Below are positions 1 through 9,633 of a stretch of 54,952 nucleotides of DNA, one piece after another. This DNA is from Dehalococcoidia bacterium (lineage in GTDB: Bacteria > Chloroflexota > Dehalococcoidia > Dehalococcoidales > RBG-16-60-22). The position numbers and the translations under genes are program-made. Below the pieces are notes generated by a model. It ran no database searches, was not told the DNA's origin, and saw only the letters and a program-made list of their open reading frames with translations. Within the stretch, counting starts at the first letter, position 1, and each line of letters starts with the position of its first letter. The stretch spans positions 1 to 54,952 of the forward strand of contig JBGPRB010000001.1 in assembly GCA_041489355.1 (NCBI GenBank), read 5' to 3'.

Positions 1-35
1 AAATCTCAAGTGATTTTTGAAATGGAGTCACTGAA

Positions 36-968
36 ATGAAAATATTAGTTACCGGAGCGGCAGGCTATATCGGTTCCGTAATGGTGCCGATATTACTGAA
101 GGAAGGCTATAAAATCGTCGCTGTGGACAATTTCTTGTACAGTCAAAGCTCTTTGCTGGACTGCTGCCATGACAAGAAGCTGACTATTATCCGTGGAGAC
201 GCCCGCCAGAAAGAATTGATATCCGGGTGTCTCAAAGACGTTGACGCCGTTTTCCCTTTAGCCTGCATTACCGGTGCCCCGGCCTGCAACAATGACCCGG
301 CGACAGCCACCGCCACTAATTTTGACGCTATTAAAATGATGCTGGAACTGCGGAGTAAAAAACAGTTAATTATCTTCCCGACCACCAACAGCGGCTACGG
401 GGTCGGCCAGGAAGGGATATATTGCACGGAAAAGACGCCGCTTAATCCAATCTCCCTTTACGGACGGCTTAAGGTGGATGCAGAAAAGATTTTGCTGGAT
501 GCCGGTAACTGCATCACCCTGCGCCTGGCCACGGTATTCGGGGTCAGTCCCCGCATGCGGTTGGACTTGCTGGTAAACGACTTCACCTACCGTGCCGTTA
601 CCGACCGCTTTCTGGTGCTGTTCGAGGCTCATTTTAAGAGGAATTACATCCATATCCGGGACGTTGCCAAGGCTTTTCTTCACTGTTTAAATAACTTCAG
701 CGCTATGAAAGACGAACCTTACAACGTGGGCCTTAGCGAGGCTAACCTGAGTAAACTGGAATTATGCCGGGAGATTCAAAAACAGGTGCCGGACTTTTAT
801 TTCGTGGAAGCTAACATCGGGAGAGACCCCGACCAGAGAAACTACATCGTCAGTAATGAAAAGATAGAAAAAACCGGGTTCAAGCCGGACGTTTCCCTCC
901 AGGAGGGAATTGCCGAATTAATAAAAGGGTATCAGATAATAAGGAAAAATCAGTTCAGCAACGCCTGA
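36..968 (+). CDS. NAD-dependent NDP-sugar epimerase/dehydratase/reductase (extended SDR)
   Basis: 310-aa ORF. Rossmann motif VTGAAGYIGS and SLYGRLK (YxxxK). First gene of the co-directional glycan locus. Confidence 0.8.
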   Translation: MKILVTGAAGYIGSVMVPILLKEGYKIVAVDNFLYSQSSLLDCCHDKKLTIIRGDARQKELISGCLKDVDAVFPLACITGAPACNNDPATATATNFDAIKMMLELRSKKQLIIFPTTNSGYGVGQEGIYCTEKTPLNPISLYGRLKVDAEKILLDAGNCITLRLATVFGVSPRMRLDLLVNDFTYRAVTDRFLVLFEAHFKRNYIHIRDVAKAFLHCLNNFSAMKDEPYNVGLSEANLSKLELCREIQKQVPDFYFVEANIGRDPDQRNYIVSNEKIEKTGFKPDVSLQEGIAELIKGYQIIRKNQFSNA

Positions 969-1008
969 AACAGGGAAAAACCCGCTTCTAAGAATAAAAG
1001 GACTTATA

Positions 1009-2163
1009 ATGAAAATTGCATTTGTTAATCACGACTTCATTATAGGTGACGGCACGGGAACCGTCTTCTGGAATCTGGCCAGGCGCCTGGCTAAAGACCA
1101 CGAGGTCACCATCTTTACCTTCAATTCAAACTATAACGGGAGCTACGGCGTCCGGATTGCCGAGATTCCGGTTCCTTTCAGGAAAAATAAGTTCGTCAAC
1201 CCCGGCCTCGTTCCTTTATTCCTTAACAAATGTATGGAATTGAGGAAACAACTGAAATCGTATGAAATAATATACACGCAGCTTTACCCGGCCAGCTTCA
1301 TTCCGTTATTTCCGTCGAAAATAAAGGGGCCGTTGCAATTTTACACCGAGTGGACGACGCAGAAGACACCGGGGTTTCCCATCTACACAAAGATATTCGG
1401 CAGCTTTGTCGACTGGGTAGACAGCTATGTGGTCAGGCACGTGGACAAAGTGATAGCGCCATCCCTGTACGCGGAAAGGTGGTTAAAAGATAAATTCGGC
1501 ATCAGGGCAAACCTGCTCTATCTTGACGGGATAGACTTCACCACCCTCGATAAGAATGCCGTCACCACGAAAGATATTTATAGCAAATATCCGGCTCTCG
1601 AAGGCTCGCCGACGATACTATACGTGGGAGTATTATCACCGCATAAGAACCTGGAAACGCTTATCCGGAGCGTCGGGATTGTCAAAAAGGAAATCACGAA
1701 TATCAGACTGGTTATCGTCGGGCGGACCAGCCGGTATCCCAGGTATTATCAAGCTCTGGTCGAAATGGCAAAGCAGGAGGGAATGGCCGATTCGGTTATT
1801 TTCACCGGTGCAGCCTCCTGGGAAGACCTGACCGCGCTTTATGTAGTCTGCGACGTATATGCCACCTGCTCGGTGTGGGAGGGTTTCCTGAGAGCTGAAG
1901 CGTTTGCCATGGAGAAGCCGATAGTGGCCTTTGACGCCACCTCCAATTCCGAGACGATAAAGCACGGAGAAACCGGGTTACTGGTGCGTGAGCAAACCCC
2001 GGGAGCGTTCGCCTCGGCGCTGGTTTCACTACTGGGCGACGATAAATCAAGGAGGGAAATGGGCCGAAACGGCTACCGATGGGCAAAAGAGAACCTCGAC
2101 TTCGATGTGATTGCGCAAAAACTGGCCGGCTTTTTTCAACAGTCGCTGGCTGACAGGGGTTAG
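1009..2163 (+). CDS. Glycosyltransferase, GT4-like (GT-B fold)
   Basis: 384 aa. C-terminal VWEGFLRAEAFAMEKPIVAFD...ETGLLV resembles the EX7E motif of retaining GT4 enzymes. Confidence 0.8.
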   Translation: MKIAFVNHDFIIGDGTGTVFWNLARRLAKDHEVTIFTFNSNYNGSYGVRIAEIPVPFRKNKFVNPGLVPLFLNKCMELRKQLKSYEIIYTQLYPASFIPLFPSKIKGPLQFYTEWTTQKTPGFPIYTKIFGSFVDWVDSYVVRHVDKVIAPSLYAERWLKDKFGIRANLLYLDGIDFTTLDKNAVTTKDIYSKYPALEGSPTILYVGVLSPHKNLETLIRSVGIVKKEITNIRLVIVGRTSRYPRYYQALVEMAKQEGMADSVIFTGAASWEDLTALYVVCDVYATCSVWEGFLRAEAFAMEKPIVAFDATSNSETIKHGETGLLVREQTPGAFASALVSLLGDDKSRREMGRNGYRWAKENLDFDVIAQKLAGFFQQSLADRG

Positions 2164-2186
2164 CCGGAAAGAGTTAGGGGCGAAGA

Positions 2187-2762
2187 TTGATGGATAAAAG
2201 CATATTTATCAGGCCGTTCCAAATCACCGATATATGTACCGTGAGCAGAATGTACCTGTCGCTCCCGGAAAAAGACAGGCGGGTTTTCCACCCCTGCCCG
2301 TTTCACTGGTGGCTGGTAGTCCCCATAGTTACCATACTCTCTATCGAACCGCTTCTTCATAAATTTATACGGTTAGTCTTTCCCCGAGCCTCCTTTTTCC
2401 CCCTGATTGCCCGGGAAGCTGCTAGCGGTCGGTGCGCCGGTTTTACCTACCTCCAGATGAGAAGGAAAAATACCGACGGCAGCTATCTGGCCACGCTGGG
2501 TATTCTGGTAGGAAATGATTATCGGACGAAAGGGGTCGGGTCGCAGCTAATGGCTAGGCTCATCGAAAATGCCAAGAAAAATAACGTTAGTAAAATATGG
2601 TTAACCGTCTCCGCGGATAACGAGTCCGCCATCAACCTTTACCGGAGACACGGCTTCATTATCACCAACACGAAAGACAAAGGCGACGTCTGGGATGGTA
2701 AATTTTACACCGTCCATGAAATGGAACTCGTTCTGGACAAAAAGAGAGAAGCTGAGAAATGA
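2187..2762 (+). CDS. GNAT-family N-acetyltransferase
   Basis: 191 aa. Acetyl-CoA motif-A-like YRTKGVGSQLMARLIENAK and LYRRHGF near the C-terminus. Confidence 0.65.
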   Translation: MMDKSIFIRPFQITDICTVSRMYLSLPEKDRRVFHPCPFHWWLVVPIVTILSIEPLLHKFIRLVFPRASFFPLIAREAASGRCAGFTYLQMRRKNTDGSYLATLGILVGNDYRTKGVGSQLMARLIENAKKNNVSKIWLTVSADNESAINLYRRHGFIITNTKDKGDVWDGKFYTVHEMELVLDKKREAEK

Positions 2763-3979
2763 AAATATGCCTCATCAATAACCTGTTTTTCCCCGGCCAT
2801 TACACGGAAACAATCGCCCTTGGCCTGGCCAAGGAAAACGATGTTATCGTTATAGCCAACAAGCCGTTCTCCGGCTTAAGTTCGCTCAAGCCCTCGATTG
2901 AGTATATTAACGGCATCAAAGTCTACAGGTTCTATCCCCTTAATGTCTACCGCCATTACCCGGTCAAAAACCGCCCCCTCTGGATAAGGCTAATCTGGCA
3001 CCTCATTGAAATCTGGAATCCTCACCCGTATTTCGTCATCAAGAGCATACTCAGGAAGGAGAGACCGGACCTGATCCACTCATTTAATCTTATCGGCGAA
3101 TCGACTTCGGTATACACGGCGATTAAAGACACCGGCCGTCCCCATGTCCATTCCATCTGCGATGGGAATTTGCTCAGTCCGTGGGCCAGCCTGTACCGCA
3201 ACGGCAAAATGATTGAATTCAATTTCTTGGACCGGCAGTTCATGAAGGTAAAACGGTTCATGTCCAAATCGGTAGATGCGATGATTGTCGAATCACCTTT
3301 CATGAGGGATATCCATCTCCAGAACGGGTACTTTACCAGCGTGCCGTTCCATATCATCGGGTTCCCGTACCGGATGCAGGCCGGCGGCCCGAAAAACAAA
3401 GATTATTCACAGATAAAAATTCTTTATATCGGCAATATCGCCGAAGAGAAGGGGATATTCGCCCTCCTCGATGCCTTCAAGCAGCTCAACCGCAGCAGTG
3501 CCGTTCTTCACTTCGCCGGCCGGGGTCCTGACCTGGAGGAATTGAAGAGAAGGGCGGAGGGGATAGAGAATGTGCACCTTCACGGCTTCGTGACTGATAA
3601 GCAGCTCGCCGACCTGTATCGCCAGGCAAATATTACTGCCGTCCCTTCGCTGTGCTGTGAAGCCGGCCCGGCCAGCGCCTTCATCGAAAGTCTGCCCTTT
3701 GGAACGCCGGTGGTTGGTGCCATAGCCGGCGGCAGCCACCAGGGAATCATTGACGGCGTCAATGGCAGGATTTACGAGCCTCATGATGTCCCTGCCCTGA
3801 CGGCGATACTGCAGGATTTTATCGATAATAAAGAAAAACTCAAGAAAATGGAGGATGAAACGCTGAAAACGGCGGAGGAACACCGCCCGGAAAAATACAT
3901 CGCAAGTCTGCTGGGAGTATACAGGAGTTTAATCGATGGCCTTTCGCATAAGAAAGCTTCTGGAGCCGATAGACCTTGA
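2759..3979 (+). CDS. Glycosyltransferase, GT-B fold (GT4/GT1-like)
   Basis: 406 aa. ATGA overlap with the upstream gene. C-terminal CCEAGPASAFIESLPFGTPVVG...GVNGRIYEP is typical of the GT-B nucleotide-sugar binding half. Confidence 0.75.
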   Translation: MKICLINNLFFPGHYTETIALGLAKENDVIVIANKPFSGLSSLKPSIEYINGIKVYRFYPLNVYRHYPVKNRPLWIRLIWHLIEIWNPHPYFVIKSILRKERPDLIHSFNLIGESTSVYTAIKDTGRPHVHSICDGNLLSPWASLYRNGKMIEFNFLDRQFMKVKRFMSKSVDAMIVESPFMRDIHLQNGYFTSVPFHIIGFPYRMQAGGPKNKDYSQIKILYIGNIAEEKGIFALLDAFKQLNRSSAVLHFAGRGPDLEELKRRAEGIENVHLHGFVTDKQLADLYRQANITAVPSLCCEAGPASAFIESLPFGTPVVGAIAGGSHQGIIDGVNGRIYEPHDVPALTAILQDFIDNKEKLKKMEDETLKTAEEHRPEKYIASLLGVYRSLIDGLSHKKASGADRP

Positions 3980-5891
3980 TAAAAGGCTAGCTATTGCTTT
4001 GCTCGGACTGGGATTAGTAATACTGGTCCTGGCCGTGGCGATTAATCAGCTGTTGATAATTCAGGCCTCGGCGACAGTGGTTCTGGCCTCGGGCATCCAT
4101 CTCATATTGCGTAGATGGCACGGAGCAAAGCTAACCGATGAGGATACCGCCGGGATAGCCGACACTTCATCCTCTTATTCACGCATTATTAAGCTACTCG
4201 ACATCGCTTTCTGGGGATTGTTCATCGCCAGCCTGATTTTAATTTCGCAGCAGGTCTATGTCCGACCTCTCAGCTTTGTTATCATCGTTTCCATTATGGC
4301 AGCCATCCTGGGTGTACAGATATTTACCGGCAAGAAAATAAGCTACTGCCTGGTAAAAATCCTGGTTATAGGCATACTTCTCAGAGCCAGTGTATGGTAC
4401 CAGTTCCCCGGCCCCATCGGGCGCGACCCCATATTAGAACTGGATTACATACGACGATTGGTGGATGCAGGGCATATTGGCGATTTTATGGGGGGTTATA
4501 CCTATTATCCTCTGGCTCATGTCCTAGTGGCTTCAACGCATTTCATCACCGGTCTGCCCCTCAAGGATTCCTTCTTTGTGTTAGGAGCTATCGAGGTAAT
4601 CAGCCTGGTGTTTTTATTCCTATTAGTAAAAGACCTGTTCAATGAAAAAATCGGCTTACTTTCAGCCCTGATAATGGCCGTATGCAACTGGCACATTCTC
4701 TGGGGATTCTGGATGAAAGGCATGACCTTAGCGGTGGCCTGGCTGCCCTTCCTGCTTTTCCTGCTTTTAACACGGCGGCGAGGTAACCGATTATTCGTTT
4801 TCAGCGTATTAAGCATTATTATTGTATTTCTGAGTGTCATTACACATACCGTATCCTCGGTAGCCATCGTAGCCATCGTAGGCTTGTTCTGGTGCGCGTA
4901 CCTGATATCTAAAATCCTGCCGGGCAGAGAGAATGTCGAACAGCCGATAACGCTCGTTATATCGCTGCTCTCTTTAGTAATCCTCATAGGCTACTGGCTG
5001 TATGTCCCCAAACAAATTTCCTTCGTTGAAAACCTGTTCGTGAGCAGCTTCAATGTAGCCAATACAACTGAACTGGCCGCTATACCTTATATAGCATACA
5101 GAAGTTCTCTGGTGCTAACCCTGCAAAAATTGCCCGTATTGATTCTCGTATTCGGGGCTATTCTGGGTTCTCTGAGCATACTCAACATCCGAAAATTCGA
5201 TAGAAAGGCTCTTCCTCAGATATGGTTTATGCTGGTCAGTGGCGGAATGGTAATCCTGACTTTCCTTCTTTATTTTATCCCGCAACTCGCTTCCTTTTTC
5301 CCCGTGAGGTGGTTTGTTTACATGAGTCTAATTATATCCGTACCGGCAGCAGTCGGTCTGCTGAGCATTCTGAGGAGGGGTAAATGGCTTAACCTGACAA
5401 TATCATTCCTTTCGATATTTCTATTAGCCGGCATCATGACCACTTCATACGAAGCAAATATTACACAGGTGGTCCCCTGGGTGCAGCGCTCCCGGGATGC
5501 TTTCTTAACATCGGAGATGGCTGCCGTCGAAAAAGTCAGCGAAATGGCTTCCCTCGCTCCCGGGCAGACTCCTCAGGGAGATACCGATATCTATACGGAT
5601 TACCTTTACGGAATGCTATTACTAAAGGAATTTCACGTGCCTGAGGATAAAATAATCGACGCTTCCCAGATGCTCATAGAAAAATCGACGGAATATAACG
5701 GGATTTTGATGCTGCGGTCAGCCGTCACTGATACAGTATTAATGAGTTATGATGTCGGACACCTTTATTCCACAATCGACCAGTCTCAGTATCAGTCTCT
5801 CTTAGATGACTCGAAAGCGCATTTGATATATGATAATGGTATGGTCAAGGCATTGAAAAAAACCAACGCAGACTTACCTGAGATGAAGTAG
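3936..5891 (+). CDS. Polytopic membrane protein with C-terminal soluble domain; possible GT-C-type glycosyltransferase or polymerase
   Basis: 651 aa. At least 12 hydrophobic segments followed by a ~150-aa hydrophilic tail. No WWDxG or other diagnostic motif seen. The call rests on context only. Confidence 0.45.
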   Translation: MAFRIRKLLEPIDLDKRLAIALLGLGLVILVLAVAINQLLIIQASATVVLASGIHLILRRWHGAKLTDEDTAGIADTSSSYSRIIKLLDIAFWGLFIASLILISQQVYVRPLSFVIIVSIMAAILGVQIFTGKKISYCLVKILVIGILLRASVWYQFPGPIGRDPILELDYIRRLVDAGHIGDFMGGYTYYPLAHVLVASTHFITGLPLKDSFFVLGAIEVISLVFLFLLVKDLFNEKIGLLSALIMAVCNWHILWGFWMKGMTLAVAWLPFLLFLLLTRRRGNRLFVFSVLSIIIVFLSVITHTVSSVAIVAIVGLFWCAYLISKILPGRENVEQPITLVISLLSLVILIGYWLYVPKQISFVENLFVSSFNVANTTELAAIPYIAYRSSLVLTLQKLPVLILVFGAILGSLSILNIRKFDRKALPQIWFMLVSGGMVILTFLLYFIPQLASFFPVRWFVYMSLIISVPAAVGLLSILRRGKWLNLTISFLSIFLLAGIMTTSYEANITQVVPWVQRSRDAFLTSEMAAVEKVSEMASLAPGQTPQGDTDIYTDYLYGMLLLKEFHVPEDKIIDASQMLIEKSTEYNGILMLRSAVTDTVLMSYDVGHLYSTIDQSQYQSLLDDSKAHLIYDNGMVKALKKTNADLPEMK

Positions 5892-5901
5892 GTAAAACGC
5901 A

Positions 5902-6900
5902 ATGAGTATGAACTGGACCACCAAGAAGCTATTAATAACCGGCGCCGGGGGTTTTATCGGAAGTCATCTCGTAGAACGTCTGGTTGGGCTTGGAGCGACA
6001 ACCAGGGCTTTTGTCAGGTACAACTCGAGAAATAACTGGGGCTTGCTTGAGCTTTTACCCGGAGACAAACTCAAAGAAATTGAGATAATAGCGGGTGACC
6101 TGAGAGACAGCCAGGCGGTCCGCGACGCCGCCAGGGACGCGGACATGATTTTCCACCTGGGCTCTTTAATTGCCATCCCGTACTCATACGTCCATCCCCG
6201 GGAAGCCATCGAGACGAATATCATGGGGACACTGAATATTTTAATGGCGGCGCGGGAGAACGGGATTGAAAAGGTAATTCACACGTCCACTTCCGAGGTT
6301 TACGGAACGGCTCAATATGTCCCCATAGATGAAAAGCATCCCCTGCAAGGGCAATCGCCGTATTCAGCCAGCAAAACGGGGGCTGATATGATTGCGGAGA
6401 GTTTCTACCGTTCTTTCGATGTTCCGGTAGCCACCATAAGGCCGTTTAATACCTATGGACCACGGCAGTCCGCCCGGGCGGTGATACCAACAATAATTTC
6501 ACAGGCGTTAACCGGAGAACAGGTGCGCCTGGGTTCGCTGCATCCCACACGGGACTATACCTATGTTGACGACGTCGTCGAGGCTTTCATCAAGGTGGCG
6601 GAGTCCCCGAAATCAATAGGAAAAGTCATAAACATCGGGTCGAATTTTGAGATGTCGATAGGCGACATCGCCAAAAAGATATTGTCCATAATGGAAAAAG
6701 ATAATATAGCTATCGTGACCGACGAGAGGCGTATCAGGCCCGAGAAGAGCGAAGTGGAGAGATTGTGGTGCGATAACACCCTGGCAAAGAAAGTACTGGG
6801 ATGGGAGCCCGGGACCAGTTTCGACGCAGGCCTGGGAAAAACCATAAAGTGGATGTCCGATAATATCAACCTGTACAAACCGGAACGCTATAACCTATGA
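5902..6900 (+). CDS. NDP-sugar 4,6-dehydratase-like extended SDR
   Basis: 332 aa. ITGAGGFIGSHL Rossmann motif, TSTSEVYG, SPYSASKTGAD (YxxxK) and RPFNTYGPRQ, typical of the dTDP-glucose/GDP-sugar 4,6-dehydratase family. Confidence 0.8.
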   Translation: MSMNWTTKKLLITGAGGFIGSHLVERLVGLGATTRAFVRYNSRNNWGLLELLPGDKLKEIEIIAGDLRDSQAVRDAARDADMIFHLGSLIAIPYSYVHPREAIETNIMGTLNILMAARENGIEKVIHTSTSEVYGTAQYVPIDEKHPLQGQSPYSASKTGADMIAESFYRSFDVPVATIRPFNTYGPRQSARAVIPTIISQALTGEQVRLGSLHPTRDYTYVDDVVEAFIKVAESPKSIGKVINIGSNFEMSIGDIAKKILSIMEKDNIAIVTDERRIRPEKSEVERLWCDNTLAKKVLGWEPGTSFDAGLGKTIKWMSDNINLYKPERYNL

Positions 6901-6910
6901 AGAGGACAAA

Positions 6911-7669
6911 ATGAAAGCTATTATCCTTGTCGGCGGGAAAGGTGCCAGACTAAAGCCTTTTACGGAGGCCTTGCCCAAGGTAATGCTGCCTATCGGGACC
7001 AAGCCCTTTCTGGAAATACAGATAAGCCACCTGAAAAAGTTTGGCTTTGACGAAGTGATTTTAGCCATCAGCTATTTGAAGGGGAACATCATACACTATT
7101 TCGGGGACGGTAAGGGGCTGGGCATCAAAATCAGCTACTCTGAGGAGAAAACTCCTTTAGGCACGGCGGGCGCTATTAAAAAAGCAGGCCATGACCTGAA
7201 AGAAACTTTCGTGGTTCTGGTGGGTGATGGCCTCGCCGATATCGATTTTCACGACCTGGTATCGTTCCATAAAAAAGCCGGAGCCGCCGGCACGATGGTC
7301 GTTTATGACCAGGCGCTTAAAATGCCTTACGGGCTCGTTAATCTGGATGTAGACCACAATAATACCATCCTGGGCCTGGAGGAAAAGCCCAACGTAAGGT
7401 TCACGGTTAATACCGGTATTACCGTGCTCGAGCCTAAAAGTTTGAATTACATGGAGGAAGATGAGTTTGTACGCCTGCCCGACCTGTTCCTGAGATTAAA
7501 AGCTGCCGGTGAAAAGATTGTTGCTTACCGCCATACCGGTACCTGGGTTGATATCGGGCAAAACTTCGAACAATATTTACAGACAAACCAGCAGATTATG
7601 AGCAGAGAAATTACCTTCTCCCCATCTCTGTCCGAGATAATTTTTGAAGATAGCGAGGACAAGGAATAG
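6911..7669 (+). CDS. Sugar-1-phosphate nucleotidyltransferase
   Basis: 252 aa. N-terminal MKAIILVGGKGARLKPFTEALPKVMLPI matches the GxGxRL NTP-transferase signature. Confidence 0.8.
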   Translation: MKAIILVGGKGARLKPFTEALPKVMLPIGTKPFLEIQISHLKKFGFDEVILAISYLKGNIIHYFGDGKGLGIKISYSEEKTPLGTAGAIKKAGHDLKETFVVLVGDGLADIDFHDLVSFHKKAGAAGTMVVYDQALKMPYGLVNLDVDHNNTILGLEEKPNVRFTVNTGITVLEPKSLNYMEEDEFVRLPDLFLRLKAAGEKIVAYRHTGTWVDIGQNFEQYLQTNQQIMSREITFSPSLSEIIFEDSEDKE

Positions 7670-8647
7670 GTGGTAAAGACGGGCATCCCCGTAGCTACCC
7701 TGCGGGAAATGTATGTGACGATGCTGAGGATACGCCGATGCGAGAACACGCTTGTTGAACTTTTACGTATCAATGAGATAAGATGTCCAACCCACCTATA
7801 TACCGGGCAGGAAGCCATAGCCGCCGGCATCTGCGCCAACCTGCGGAAAGATGATTATGTCTTCAGCACTCACCGCAGCCACGGCCATTATATCGCCAAG
7901 GGTGGCGATTTAAAGGCGATGATGGCCGAGTTGTATGGAAAAAGAACCGGATGTTCCAGGGGAAGGGGGGGGTCAATGCACCTCGTGGACCCGGAAGTTG
8001 GCCTTATGGGAAGCGCTGCTATCGTCGGCAGCACCATCCCCCTGGCTGTCGGAACCGCGCTGGCCTCCGCAATACAGGGGAACAATCGTGTTGCCGTCGC
8101 TTTCTTCGGGGACGGGGCTACCGATGAAGGGGTATTCGACGAATCTCTTAATTTTGCCTCCCTCAGAAAGCTACCCGTAGTATTTATCTGCGAAAATAAT
8201 CTGTTTTCCACGCATTTACCTTTATATTTAAGACAGCCTGCAGATAATATATCTGAGAGGGCTCAAACCCATATCATGCCCGGTATTAAGATAGACGGGA
8301 ATAACGTGCTGGAGGTTTATGAAGCCTCGCAGGAAGCTATCGATAATGCCCGGGGTGGCAGGGGGCCTTCCCTGATAGAATGCCGTACTTACCGATGGCG
8401 CGCTCATGTAGGCTGGCCGCAGGACTATGATGTAGGCTTCAGGACTAAAGAAGAAGTGAAGAAATGGGAAAAAAGGTGCCCGATTAAGGCATTTGAAAAA
8501 TTCCTGGCTGGCCAGGGCGTCCTGTCCGAATCGGAAAAGAGTCAAATATCCGAACAAATCGACAGGGAAATCGAGGAGGCTCTGACCTTTGCCCGGGAAA
8601 GCCCTTTCCCTGACGAAAGCGAACTTCTAGAAGGCGTCTACAGATAA
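7670..8647 (+). CDS. ThDP-dependent 2-oxoacid dehydrogenase E1 component, alpha subunit-like
   Basis: 325 aa, GTG start. ThDP-binding motif FFGDGATDEGVFDESLNFASLRKLPVVFICENN (GDG-x25-NN). Confidence 0.8.
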   Translation: MVKTGIPVATLREMYVTMLRIRRCENTLVELLRINEIRCPTHLYTGQEAIAAGICANLRKDDYVFSTHRSHGHYIAKGGDLKAMMAELYGKRTGCSRGRGGSMHLVDPEVGLMGSAAIVGSTIPLAVGTALASAIQGNNRVAVAFFGDGATDEGVFDESLNFASLRKLPVVFICENNLFSTHLPLYLRQPADNISERAQTHIMPGIKIDGNNVLEVYEASQEAIDNARGGRGPSLIECRTYRWRAHVGWPQDYDVGFRTKEEVKKWEKRCPIKAFEKFLAGQGVLSESEKSQISEQIDREIEEALTFARESPFPDESELLEGVYR

Positions 8648-9633
8648 TGTCAAGAAAGCTCACCTACGTCCAGGCCATTAATGAAGCGGTAACCCAGATG
8701 ATGGATAAGGATAGTAGCGTCTTCATCATGGGCATAGGGGTCAATAGCCCCTGGTACGTAGGGCAGAGCTGCGCCGGACTCTACGAGAGGTTTGGCGACA
8801 AACGGGTAATCGATACGCCCGTCGCCGAGAACGGCATGACTGGGGTAGCCGTTGGTGCTGCCATGGCCGGGATGCGCCCGATTATCGTGCATCCCAGAAT
8901 GGACTTCATGTATTACGCCATGGACCAGATAATCAACCAGGCGGCAAACTGGCACTATATGTTTGGTGGCAGAGTCAATGTCCCCGTGACCATTCGGGGG
9001 ATTGTCAACCGGGGTGGGGAACAGGCGGCACAGCATTCGCAGAGCCTGCAGGCGATGTTCATGCACGTACCCGGCCTTAAAGTCGTTATGCCCAGCACGC
9101 CCTACGATGCCAAAGGACTCCTCGTTGCCAGCATCAGAGACGATAATCCCGTCATCTATATTGACGACCGCTGGCTCTACGAACAGTCAGGGGAAGTGCC
9201 GGAAGAGCTGTACGAGGTGCCGATTGGTAAGGGAGTAATAAGAAGAGAAGGCAAGGACATCACCGTGGTGGCAACCTCCTACCTGGTTTGCGAGGCCAAT
9301 AAAGCCGCCGAAAACCTGGAAAAAGAAGGTATAGATACAGAGATTGTTGATTTACGCTCGCTTAAACCACTCGATAACAACCTGGTAATTGAATCGGTAA
9401 AAAAGACGGGCAGACTGGTTATTGCCGACGGAGGTTGGAAAACAGGCGGCGCGGGGGCGGAAATCTCCGCCCTGGTAGTCGGCAGCGCTTTCAAATATCT
9501 AAAGGCGCCGATTATGCGCGTCTCATTGCCGGATGCCCCGGCTCCCGCCAGTTCGGCACTGGAGAAAGCCTATTACCCCACCGCCGAAACTATCGTTTCA
9601 GCGGTAAAAAAAGTCCTGGAGGAGTCATTATGA
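8647..9633 (+). CDS. ThDP-dependent 2-oxoacid dehydrogenase E1 component, beta subunit-like
   Basis: 328 aa. Transketolase-like pyrimidine-binding region (DTPVAENGMTGVAVGAAMAGMRPI) and a C-terminal transketolase domain. TAATG overlap with the alpha gene. Confidence 0.85.
   Translation: MSRKLTYVQAINEAVTQMMDKDSSVFIMGIGVNSPWYVGQSCAGLYERFGDKRVIDTPVAENGMTGVAVGAAMAGMRPIIVHPRMDFMYYAMDQIINQAANWHYMFGGRVNVPVTIRGIVNRGGEQAAQHSQSLQAMFMHVPGLKVVMPSTPYDAKGLLVASIRDDNPVIYIDDRWLYEQSGEVPEELYEVPIGKGVIRREGKDITVVATSYLVCEANKAAENLEKEGIDTEIVDLRSLKPLDNNLVIESVKKTGRLVIADGGWKTGGAGAEISALVVGSAFKYLKAPIMRVSLPDAPAPASSALEKAYYPTAETIVSAVKKVLEESL

Noticed and set aside
9435-9629. N-terminal extensions proposed by the ORF track (aminotransferase 9435, ferredoxin 37454, gyrB 38303, folE 41356, hom 43892, pyrR 47319)
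   Set aside because: Each extension overlaps the upstream gene or a terminator hairpin and is Arg/Pro-rich or otherwise non-conserved. In each case an internal ATG with a good SD gives the conserved family N-terminus.
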